Positions 1 to 12,900 of a stretch of 64,000 nt of DNA are shown in pieces. The position numbers were made by a program, and so were the translations under genes. The notes under the pieces are model-generated. The model was not told the DNA's origin and did no database searches. It saw nothing but the letters and a program-made list of their open reading frames with translations. This DNA is from Haliotis cracherodii (taxonomy: Eukaryota): assembly GCF_022045235.1 (NCBI RefSeq), contig NW_027266297.1, positions 23,312,001-23,376,000 on the forward strand, given 5' to 3'. The first letter of the stretch is position 1, and every line of letters starts with the position of its first letter.

Positions 1-1
1 T

Positions 2-926
2 CCCTGTCTCTCCTATACTAGAGAACTAGCTACCCTTGTCTCTCCCATACTAGAGAACTAGCTACCCCTGTCTCTCCTATACTAGAGAACTAGCTACCCT
101 TGTCTCTCCCATACTAGAGAACTAGCTACCCTTGTCTCTCATATACCAGAGAACTAGCTACCCCTGTCTCTCCTATACTAGAGAACTAGCTACCCTTGTC
201 TCTCCCATACTAGAGAACTAGCTACCCCTGTCTCTCCTATACAAGAGAACTAGCTACCCTTGTCTCTCCCATACTAGAGAACTAGCTACCCCTGTCTCTC
301 CTATACTAGAGAACTAGCTACCCTTGTCTCTCCCATACTAGAGAACTAGCTACCCCTGTCTCTCCTATACAAGAGAACTAGCTACCCTTGTCTCTCCCAT
401 ACTAGAGAACTAGCTACCCCTGTCTCCCCTATACTAGAGAACTAGCTACCCTTGTCTCTCCCATACTAGAGAACTAGCTACCCCTGTCTCTCCTATACTA
501 GAGAACTAGCTACCCTTGTCTCTCCCATACTAGAGAACTAGCTACCCCTGTCTCTCCTATACTAGAGAATTAGCTACCCTTGTCGCTCCCATACTAGAGA
601 ACTAGCTACCCCTGTCTCTCCTATACTAGAGAACTAGCTACCCCTGTCTCTTCTATACTAGAGAACTAGCTACCCTTGTCTCTCCTATACTAGAGAACTA
701 GCTACCCCTGTCTCTCCTATACTAGAGAACTAGCTACCCCTGTCTCTCCTATACTAGAGAACTAGCTACCCTTGTCTCTCCCATACTAGAGAACTAGCTA
801 CCCCTGTCTCTCCCATACTAGAGAACTAGCTACCCCTGTCTCTCCTATACTAGAGAACTAGCTACCCCTGTCTCTCCTATACTAGAGAACTAGCTACCCC
901 TGTCTCTCCTATACAAGAGAACTAGC
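2..926. repeat. 32-bp minisatellite (~29 copies in window) in an ORC1 intron
   Basis: Unit CCCTGTCTCTCCTATACTAGAGAACTAGCTAC, alternating with variant CCTTGTCTCTCCCATAC.. in the left part; continues beyond the window start. Confidence 0.97.
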
Positions 927-990
927 ATGAATATTAAACACCCCTCGTAGCGACCATATTGCGTAGAGTCCTACTCTAGATAACACCCAC

Positions 991-3900
991 CTTCGAACCT
1001 GCACAGCGACATATGCTGTGTGTATAGCTTGGAGAACAGGGCCTCCTCAATCCCAGCCCTCTGGAACTCCGCCACCACTGCCTGCAGGAACAGCTTCTCA
1101 TGCTTTGACAGGTTCCTGGAAGAATACACCTTTATCTTGAAGTCTGACAGACATGCAAAAGCATTAGTAGAACACTTCATAAACATTTTGAGCTTATTTG
1201 ACAATATTTCATCAGTATCTGAACAGCTGACATATGTAGTCTCAGTCATCAAATCAACAATTATCAGCATTATTGTGTTTTATGCGGAACAAGATTAGCT
1301 TATCACCCCAGGTCAAGTACAACCAAATCCCAATCACTTTACCACCGTATGAAACTTTTGAGTCCTCACTTACAAGCAAGAAGTGCAAGTAAATATATTC
1401 AACCCTGACAACCAAGCAAGTTCGGTTTGCGCCGCATTCAGCAATACTCCAGCCATATCAAGGCAAGGGACATCAAGAATAGGCTTCCCACATTGTCCCA
1501 TAGAGGGATTCAAATCAAGTCTTCGATATGATGAGCCAACACTTAAACTAAGCTACCTCCCTGTATCCCAACAACATTGTTTTGATAATGAATTCACACA
1601 AAAGCATCATAAGCTGTGAATTCCAACCATCCCACAGCGATCATGTTTGTATGTTGATTAACGCCTCACTCAGCAATATTCCAGCTTCATGATGGTAGTC
1701 TGTACATAATCAATTCTGGACCAGATAATCAAGAGATTGACATCACGAGGATTGATCTACGCAATGTGAGATACAATGACATGCATCAACTAAGTGAGTT
1801 TGACCACCTGATCACGTTAGTCGCTTCTTACAACAAGCATGGGTTGTGGAGACAATATCTAACACCGATCTTCACGGGGTCAAAGTGATCATGGGGAAAA
1901 AGGCTCCTCCTTACCTAATGGCCACAACTTTAGGTGAAGTAAACATCTCCTGCAGAGCAGCATCCACATGCCTCATCCCAATCATGATGACTGTCTGCTT
2001 TGTTTTGGCTTCTGTTTCTGCAATCTCGGTGGCTCGGCGGCAGATGTCCAGCGCTCTCCTGGCATCTCCAGACAAGGCAGCAACCTTTCTGGCGGCCAAC
2101 TGGACCGCGTCCTCCTCAAACACTCTGAGGCCTTTCATCCGTGACTCCACAATCTCCTCCAGTTGTCGGAATGTGTATGGTTGAAACGTCATCCTTGTCA
2201 GACCCTAAAAAGGAGAAAGTTTTGTTAAAAATTCACATAAATTTCAGGTTTCCTTGAATTCAACATTCTGTCATACATATAAACAAATTTTCTGTTAGCT
2301 GAGGAGCTTAATTTCTTCGTGTAAAACCACTAATCAGAGACTTCCAACTTGACATGCAGGGTTGATGGGGAACTATCCCATCCTCCTTACAAATGGATGG
2401 GGTGGAGAGTTTGGGTAAGTTTGTGACCAGAAACAGGGCGAATTATTAATCAACAAATTGGTATTGCCTAGCACTAGCACATACACGGTTTTAAACTGGA
2501 TGACCATTAGGTGAGTAACGAGACACTGCTCCTCTGGACGAGAGCATTACAAACATCATCATCCTCATCTCCACCAGACAACCATGTTTAGACTGTATAA
2601 TCAATATGAGAGGCACAACATCCTGCTGCCTGGCAGCCTCTTGATGCACACATAACCAAGATCACATCCGTGCTAGGGCTGGGACGAGTCCAAATTTACT
2701 ACCCAGGTCTCCACACCCCTATTACCCGACCCTACCTGGGTACCCGCTGTTGGTGTCAAGAGATAGGTACAAAATGTCCGATTGAGAATAGTTTGACAGT
2801 AGCCCTGGCAAAATGTATTTAGATACACGTATAAAACGATGTGGTCATGTATACACTGAAGTTGACTGAAGTTTTAGCTTTGTTCAAACATATATAAGTC
2901 AGTAGGAACGTGTTCATAGTCACTTGTCGAGTAACCATGTAGTTATATAGTGAATTTTTGTCATGAAACAATATATCACGTGACTAACCACGGGTCCGGG
3001 GAGTCCTGTGGGTACCCGGGTCCTACTCAGTACCCACTCGACCCTTGAACCCGAGTTACCCGTCCCAGCCCTAATCAGTGCCCTCACCAGTCTACTGGAG
3101 ACCCTCTTCATCATGATTCTCTCAGGAAGATCCATCGTGTTAGCCACAGCCAGGACTACCAGTCTCGCCTGTTGCTTCGTGGGCCAGTCGAAGATGTTGT
3201 ACATGACATCCTGCTTCCGTGTCCACAACAGGTCCAGCTGAAACATTATCTCTGTCAAGTCTCCATGGCAACAACAATGTATTGACTGTACAGCAGATGT
3301 TTATGAAACGCAAGTGGCTGACACAGATGACAAGGGTCAAAGAAATGTTCATTGGCCATTTAATATGTTCATCCATCTAATTCTCAGCAACAATCATTCA
3401 ACTACAGTAAACTATGTTTGTAACAAACACGCTTATAACAAACTGACGGATATAACAAACTTATTTCTTTGTCTCGGATACTGCTGTATCCATGGTATAC
3501 ATATGCTTATAACGAACTACAGTTATAACGAACTAAAATTAGTTGCCCCTTTGGAGTCATTATAACCGTAGTGTACTGTTAATCAATTGTCACTTTTTGG
3601 AAACAGAGTATGTTAACACGGGTCTCATAATTGTCAAATATAATCATGATAAATGGTGTTGGGAGGTCCTGCAGTATTTGAGAAATGTGGCAGCCAGCAG
3701 TATTTGAATCCAGAGACCTTTAGGTGTTCATGCAAAAAGCAATCTGCTATTTTCATTTTGAACACTGACAGATATCCCATTGTGAGAGCAGCAAGCAAGG
3801 GATTTAACTCTTCTCGTTCCTGCCAGATCAAATCATTACTGCAGTCACAGACTGATGCAACAAATCCCTACCTCATCCACGAGCAGGACAACTGTCTCCC

Positions 3901-6900
3901 GTCTGGGGGCAGGTGTGCTGAACTTCTTGTTCAATAGTTCCATGGCATGTTCAGGTGTAGCCCTCTGACCTGTCAGATCCTGCAATAACATGGCTTCTTC
4001 TAAATGATGGTAAAAGGCAACTTTTTTTGCATAAAACGGTGAGTGAGGGAATTACTGAAAAACACAAATAATGCCCCTATTTCATAAATTGATCTCAGCA
4101 AAAAGATCACACACACACTAAGGCCACCCGATCGTCATGAGTCAGCTCTTATTATGGCGCCCTATCCAGCCTTGGAATTCCCAAATGGCTGTGTCTCACC
4201 TACCTTTAGTAGGTGAACATAGGCTTGTCTGGGGTCTGTAAGCTTCATGCCATTGAGCTCGAGGAATTTGAACTGAGGGACGTCACCGTCAGTACAGCCT
4301 TGTACCAGCGACCTCATCACCTCTCTCACAGTGGCCGTCTTGCCTGTTCCTGGCACGCCCGATATGTACATACATCTGTCATAGAAGATAGTGTGGGATA
4401 TGTAATGGATATATGACAGCATGTTTCTACATTGTCACACATCAATTCTTTAATAGTTCTTCCAAATGAAAATAAAATGAATCATTACGCTCCAGTGTAT
4501 GACTTTAATTCAAATGCAATTATTGAACACCTAGCAATACGGAAAAATACACTTTTGTCTAAAAATGTTAAACCTTTTCAAAATCTGTCATACAATAAGG
4601 ACTACTTTGGAGCCCCAAAATATTTGGCTACAGCATTTAGATCAAAGGCCCTACTAGGTCTATCATCTCAACATAGTAGACAGGATTACGCAGAGCTACA
4701 GATAAACAGTGTATTTGCATAAAATATTCAAAATCCAATTACTTTCAATTAACTTGCGTACAGAAACGCATGCATTAAATGAAAAACTCAAATGTATAAA
4801 AACAACTCGAGTAAACATCCAATGAAGCTTTTTCAGCATACGTACAAAGGAGCTAATTTCCGAAACACAATTACAAGCTAATTTACTTTCTGAGTTAAGC
4901 CTATATATATAGAACAGTCATAAAACATTATTTCATTTTTTTTAAATCTTAAAATGTTCACTAATTTTGGGAAAAACCCAACAGAGTGATGAATAGATGA
5001 ATGAAAAAATACAGGTAACCCAATGAAAAATGTAATAACCCAATTAAAATTGAAACCCTAGAGTAAAAACTCAATTGCTCAAAAAGTTATCTGGAGCCCA
5101 GGGATTATGACAATGTCTCCTCGTTTCATCCAATTTTTTCAACACAGTAATTGATAATTTTTTATTCTTACCAAATTTTCCAAATGCATTCGGATTATCA
5201 AAGTGTCCAAGTTTCAAAGTGGGTGGAATGATATCATACAATGATCCCTCCCAAGTGGTTCTTACCCTCCAGTTCCATCCATCAGCTTACTCTCCACAAA
5301 CGTGTAGATATCGGAGAACTCATTATCTCGGCAGGGCAGGCTGTCTGGGACTGCAGATACATGAAGTCTGCAAAAAATATACCTAACTTTTAAAAAATTT
5401 ATCATCGTAATTCTTGCCAATACATGATAGTGGCTTGGAATCAAAGCATCTAGCAAGTCATGCAGTCAGGCCTAGAAACACTGATAGCTAGCTGAGAGAA
5501 TGCCCTTCCAAGTCCTCCAAAGTACCTGCCACCACCAGACAAAGACACCTCATCAATGCTCATTTAGGCCTAAAAAGAACAACTGCTTCTCAGGAAGAAT
5601 GGGTTCCATACATTGTAATCATAAGGGGAAACAAACTCAATGTGAAAAGCGAACAGTTCAACCACCAAGCTTCCCAACTGCACAGGTTCCTGTGGGCACA
5701 ATATTTACCCAACTGCACAGGTTCCTGTGGGCACAATATTTACCCAACTGCACAGGTCCCTGTAGGCACAATATTTACCCCACAGCACAGGTCCCTGTGG
5801 GCACAATATTTAGCCCACAGCACAGGTCCCTGTGGGCACAATTTTTACCCAACTGCACAGGTCCCTGTAGGCACAATATTTACCCCACTGCCCAGGTTGC
5901 TGTAGGCACAATATTTACCCCAATGTGCAGGTTGCTGTAGGCACAATATTTACCCCACTGCCCAGGTTCCTGTGGGCACAATATTTACCCCACAGCACAG
6001 GTCCCTGTGGGCACAATATTTACCCAACTGCCCAGGTCCCTGTGGGCACAATATTTACCCCACAGCACAGGTCCCTTTTGGCACAATATTTACCCCACTG
6101 CAGGTACAATATTTACGGATTCTGGTTTTGATCATGAGTCAAAACTATTTCAGCCTAACAGAAAAAACATGAATCACAAACCTCGCTCTGGCCTCTTCAA
6201 GGGCACTAGTTGGTGACATGAATGTTTTCCTACGGCTCGGAATTGAAGGTGTTACTGTATCTATGAATGATTTCTTGCCCTGAAATTCAAAGAAAAGTCA
6301 CATATATTATCTAGTATGCTTCATACACCTATCCAAATTTACACACTGGTAACATCAGCTTGAGACCTTGGACTAGCTTTATTTCCTCATAATGAATCAG
6401 GTCGTGTAATTCATAAAGCAATGAGTTTGAACAGTGAATCAACTGGAATTTATATAATAAATGACCATGCCATTCACCAGACTTCTGTTTCTTTTCATCG
6501 GCAACCAAATAACATGCATTAAAATAAAAGACATGTTTATGACATGCAAATATATATATATGAGTGAATGTTGCTTTATGGAAGACACTGCAATATTGCA
6601 CATCTCTTTCAGTGTTTGTCTGGTTTGGTGAAGACGGTTCAAAGCATGTTTTTTGTTTGTTTGCTGTTTAACAACATACTCAGCAATATTTCAGCTCTAT
6701 GACGGCAGTCTGTAAATAATCGAGTCAGGACCAAAATATCCAGTGATTGACATCATGAGCCTCGATCCACACAATTTGGATATGATGACATGCATCAACC
6801 AAGTCAGCGAGTCTGAGCATCCGATCCCATTAGTCACCTTTTATGGCAAACATGGGTTACCATGGTTACTGAAGACCTATACTAACCCAGATCTTTACAA

Positions 6901-9900
6901 GTCTCAAAGCATGTTATCAGGGTACAATGACCAAGTATTTCATACCCCTGATCCTCAGCATTAGGACCTATTGTACTTGGATCGTATTCTGTCACGGAAT
7001 CCTCATAGCAATCAGTGATACTGCCAATGGAACAACAGTCTCTTAGCCAAAGGACCAGAACTAACCCGAGGTGTCTTGCCTTGTCTGGGAGTCTTCACGG
7101 CACTTGATGACTTTGATGGCTTCCTTGAGCTTTTGGGAGTCCTAGTCGACTTCTTTGCTTCAAACACTTCATCATCCTCCGCATCATCATCATAATCATC
7201 ATCATCAGCATCATCGGACTCTGTTTCTGGGCAGTCTGTGTAGGTGGGGTCATACAGACTGTCATCCAGCTCCTTCATATTTCTGGTCAAGAGATTGATT
7301 GATTGATTGATTGATTGGGGTTTAACACCACTTTGAACAGTATTCCAGTTATATCATAGCATGTCGGCTTAATGTGGGAGGAAAGTCCGAAGTGACATTT
7401 AGCACTTTGGTGAAACCCACAAGCATAGATATAGTGCTGACAAACCTAGAAACATAATCAAAAGCCGTAACTTCAGTTATATATATTTTAACATGAACTG
7501 TAAATGAGTTGGGTCTTATGCTACTTTTAACAGTATACCAGTCATATCAAACTTATCCAAAGCATGTCAGCTTAATGAGGGAGGAAAGCCCAAAGTGATG
7601 CTGCACCAAGATGTTTATCACTTTGGTGAAAACCAACGATCACGGGTATGGTGCAAATAAACCTGGAAACATAATCCAGGCAAACCGGAAATTGAACTCA
7701 CAACCATAGGTTTTAGCTGTGCCATCCCAATTCGTATTTACACTTACAGACTGCCATCATATAGCTGGAATATTTCTGAGTGCAGCGTTAAACAACAAAC
7801 AAAGAAAAGTGCGCGAACGAGGTTTTACCCCACTTTTAGCAATATTCCAGCAATATCACGGCGGGGGACACCAGAAATTGGCTTCACACATTGTACCCAT
7901 GTCGGAACATCGAACCCAGGTCTTGCGGCACCTTAGACGACTCGGCCACCCATGCCAGCCATGGTCAAGAGTAAAACAACAGTATTTTGTGATACTTAAC
8001 AAGCTTCAAACATGTCATACAGAATGGTGAGCAGTTTTATTGTTTGTAACATTCCAGCTATATGAGGGAGGTCTGAGACAATCAAATGATTGACATGAGC
8101 ATCGTTCCATCCACAATGACATGGAATCAACCAAATCCACAAAGTCGAACTACAGATCTATTTAGTGACCACACAATCTATTTAGAACTGTGATGAATCC
8201 TGGTTGGAATATAGGTCCCCACTAACCTATGCTTGTCATAAGATGTAAACAATTTAAAACAGTGTTCCGAAACAAGTTCAACTTCCAATCAATTACAACA
8301 ATCAATGACTGCCGAAGATTACCTGGATAGAAATCATGTGATCACTCAATGATGTTTATCGCAAGCAAAATGGATATTTCTTGAAAAGCGCACGTTGCAA
8401 TTTTTGTCATTACTCTAAGTACTATTCATTATCGGCGGATGGCTTATTTTCACTATATCAGGTTATAAGTGTAAGCACATATGTAACTATCTTTGGTACT
8501 TTATCATCGTGATATTTCATATTCTATTTCAAGTGGCGAGAACTATAGACCTATCAATGGATCAAGTATGGTCAAATTGCATGGTGTCCAAGATCTGCTC
8601 TGGAACGAGCACTGCTGCCATTTTTAGTTTAAGTCAAAGTACCTGCCATGAAAACTTGATTTCCTCCCCCCCTTAAAATCCCAATCTATCAAAAGGCACC
8701 AGTTCACCAGTAGACCTTTCTATGTACCAAGTTTGGTGAAGGAATGTTGTTTTAGATAAGATCATGGATGGATGGAGTTCATTTTACTACCCCCTCAAAA
8801 CAAATTGCGAGGGATAATTACTGATGGATAGGCATGCCGATCCCTTAATCCATCAATCAAAGATCTTTAAATTAATAACTCCTTTTGTTTTTGTCATGCA
8901 TAATAGTAAATAAACAATGCATTTCACATGTTTCAGAGGTTTCAGACGCTGAAAAATAATATTATGCAATTCACCTACCTTATAACAGCTTTTGACCGTC
9001 TGCTCGGTTGTGACCTTGCTGCACCCTTTTTTGCAGCATCAATGTCAGTCTGTAATCTCCGGCGAACTGGACGCATTGTACTATCTGGTGTGTTGTTTCG
9101 TATTGATGTATAATTATTTTCCGACACTCTTTTCACTACAACTGTAGGTACACGTTTAACTTTGTCTGTCATACTCAATACTCGACTCACACCTTTCCCA
9201 GCTTGGTTCACAGATGGAGTTTTCACCCCTGACCTCTTAGTCTTTTTGGGTTCAGTTCTACTTCGTTTGTGTTTGGATATACCAGACCCTTGGTCACTTC
9301 CCACTGACCCACGTTTAGACCGAGCAGATGTCATACCAGATCTTGTGTCCTTTTTCACAGATTTTCTTGTACTACGCACACTTTTTCTCTCCTCTGGTTG
9401 TGGAGTGGCATTGTTATTCAAATCTATGGACGCTTTGTCATCCATTTTGGATTTTGCTTGAGATTTTCTTGCTGACCTAGCGCTTTTGTCTCCTGTATTT
9501 TTGTTGATGTTGGTTTTGGATATTCCAGAACTGCTTGTAACCTCGGAAGTAATCGACACACTGCCAAAATCACTTGCATCATCATCATCGTCATCCACCA
9601 TAAGGAAATCTGACACATCTGCACCCTTGTACCATCGGTATTTGGAATTCCCTTGTTTCGGGCTGGTTAAATCTTTATAATGGAACAGAAAATTAAAATA
9701 AGATTTCATTTTTCACTACTGAAAGCGTTTGCTTGTCACGTCAAAGACCTTGGTTCGATGTTCCGACATGGGTACAATGTGTGAAGCCAATTTCTGGTGT
9801 CCCCCGCCGTGATATTGCTGGAATATTGCTAAAAGCGGAGTAAAACCTTGCTCGCTCACTCTTCTTTGTTTGTTGTTTAACACCTCACTCAGAAATATTC

Positions 9901-12900
9901 CAGCTATATGATAACAGTCTGTAAATAATCGAGTGATTGACATCATGAGCATCGTTCCACGTAATTGGGATACGATGACATGCATCAACCAAGTCAGTGA
10001 GCCTTACCACCCGATCCCGTTAGTCGCCTCTTACGACAAGCATAGTCGCCTTTTTCGGCAAGCATGGGTTGCTGAAGACCTATTCTAACCCGGATCTATG
10101 CAGGTACCGAAAATCAATCAATTTACTCTGCTCCAAGTGCGCTTCTTCCAATATTCTGTGCTTCTGTACTCAAAGCACATTAACAACTGAAGCAGGTTTA
10201 TTTGACCTTCATTAGAATACAAATTCACAAAAGTCATAAGTGTTTGCCATGAAGGGTTACATCAAAAAGTGCAAGTTTGGAACCGAAAACTTTTTATATG
10301 CAGGACCGGAACCCAACATAACATGCCAAACATAGAAGCACTTCAGACTCAGGAGATTTTGATGGAAACCAAAACAGTTTTATGTGGCTTGATCGTAAAA
10401 CTTCCAACTGTGACGTAAACAACGTCAACTTCATATTTACGAAAGAAGTCAGCCACATAAAAAGGTTGCTTAGGTCAAAGTTGTTTTCTTAAACACGTTA
10501 TTGACTTTGTAACGGTCAAAGTGGAGAAAGTTGACTTGACTTACCAATTACTGGAGATCTTTTCTCCCCACTAAATATCTGTCCTTGCAAGGGGATAATT
10601 GGTGACTGACTATTTCCTAAACGTTTGACATTTACATCGGGGGACTTGTTCATATTCTTCATCACTCTGTTAATAGGCTGGCACCGTTCTTCATCCAAAA
10701 GTCCATTCCGTCTGCCTGTGGTGCCGTTCATTTTGGCAGGAGTTCCTGACGGTGTATTGGAGTTTTCCTTGCAGTCCTCATCAGCCGCAGCTAAGTCGGT
10801 GAACTTTCCCCTTCGGTAGGACTTTCTCACAAAAAAATGAGGCACTGTTTCTCTTGTTTTCTTTCCCACTGGTGTAGACGTCAGTTGCTCAACCTGACAA
10901 GGTTATAATTAAGAGTTCCAAAAATATACGGGAAATTTATACAATTAAGTTGCATTGTTCAAAGTCCAACGCAGCTTCAATCACAAGGTGAGGTGAAATG
11001 GGGTTTAACATCCAATCAAGATTATTGCACTTATATTGTGACGTGCATGCATGTGTGTGGCTGCTTGTACTAGTCCGGACTGATGCCGATTTATAGTGCT
11101 GGCTCACTGAGATACCATGCCGCATTTAATATGAATACCCCACTCAGGCACAGTGTACTGACTCCGAGCCGACCAGTCAACAACAACAAGTACCATGTTT
11201 TAACATCTCTTGATATGACACGGCAAGGGACCTAACCCCCGACCCTCCACTCTCCGGGCAGGCACCAGAATTCCCAATTATGAGTTCAAAACATATATAC
11301 CGAAGAATAACGAATACTAAAGTATTGACCTTCACTGACTTAACTTGTTTGTGAAAAATTACAGAAAAAATTTCGGAGTTTCTTAATCATTAATTGCCTA
11401 TGGACATGATGTATTCTCTCTAATATCACAATATATCAACACTGTGAGATTTGTTAGGTATGCTTGACAAGAGAAGTACAAAATTCAGGCTATGTGTCTT
11501 TCAAGACCTTAAGAACTGCTATTGCTAAATTTACACCTTTTCAAGAGCAGAAAGGCATCCAAATTCAAGACCTTTTTAGCATGTTTAGCATTGGCAAAAT
11601 TCTTTTAGCATTTCTTACAACATGAATGTCAAAAGCCTCAAATTAGCATAAATCAAGGTATATGTTCATGAATAATAAAAACAAAACACTAGTTTTTCAC
11701 GAGAAAGAAAACACATTCAATGGCTTCTGTTCAACCACCAGTGAATGGAAATGCAGTGTCTGCTTTATATCCAGCATGGAAAAAAACGCAATACAAATGG
11801 ACTAATATCTTTTTTTATATATCATAATTTGATTTGTAACTTACCACACATTTGCCAATGATGCTCTCCACATCGACTTCACAGGCCACCAACTTGTCCG
11901 TGTTGAGGAACACCTCGCGGTCATCACCCACATCCGATAGTTTACACAAGTCTTGCTTGGGGAGCTCACTGAGGCGCCAGTACCAAACTAAACTGGCCGT
12001 CTTCTTCACATCCTTCTTTACACCTGAGAAGTATATACATACCTCTTAATTTCTCATTAATTTCAAATTGACATTTCAACCAAAACTGTTCAGATAACCT
12101 CAATCAACGTAGTAACTATACTTATTTGACATTTCATGTCAACCTCAAACCAAACATTGTTAGCTTCAATCAATTACAACACAGAAACAGCCACTGCGAT
12201 GGCATGTATATTGCAATAAACAAATGATATTTGTCAGGAACCTGTGAACAGTATGGTGTGAATACAGTCTGGTTTAATGTAGAATACTGTTTTCAATGTA
12301 TGCAGACAATTGAGTCTGCAGCCTGACATGTCACATGACCTGAAAATCACAATAAAATGTTTTGTTGAAGTCATACTTTAATTGGATCAGGGCACAACCC
12401 ATTACAAGCCATTCTTAACGAGCTAGCATCCTGTCTGTAGGTGTAACAGGTAAGCTGCCCACAGTCCTGTGCATGGACGAAATTAACACCTAGTCAACTT
12501 GTCAAAACAGTGTTAACAGCAACAGGTGTAGATGTCATCACTTCAGCTGACTGTAAGGGTAACTGATTCCTCCAGTCTTGTAATTGATTTTCTCCAGTTC
12601 CTAAATGTGAAAAGCCCAATACTTTGCTAGATGCAAAGCTAACTATTTCCGAAAGATGGTCAGCTATTCAGCAATATACTAGCTATATAATGGCAGTCTG
12701 TAAGTAATTGAGTCTGGAACAGACAATCCATTGATTGACATGAGCATCAATCTATGCAACTGGGATATGATGACATACATCAACCAAGTCAGCGAGCCTG
12801 ACCATCCTATTCCGTTAGTCGCCTCTTACAACAAGCATAGTCGCCTTACACAGCAAGCATGGGTTGCTGAAGATCTTTGCTAATCTGGATCTATTAATTT

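Noticed and set aside
5500-6216. Repeat-protein ORFs ([12 protein letters not shown]..)
   Set aside because: Translation of the 35-bp minisatellite, antisense within an ORC1 intron.
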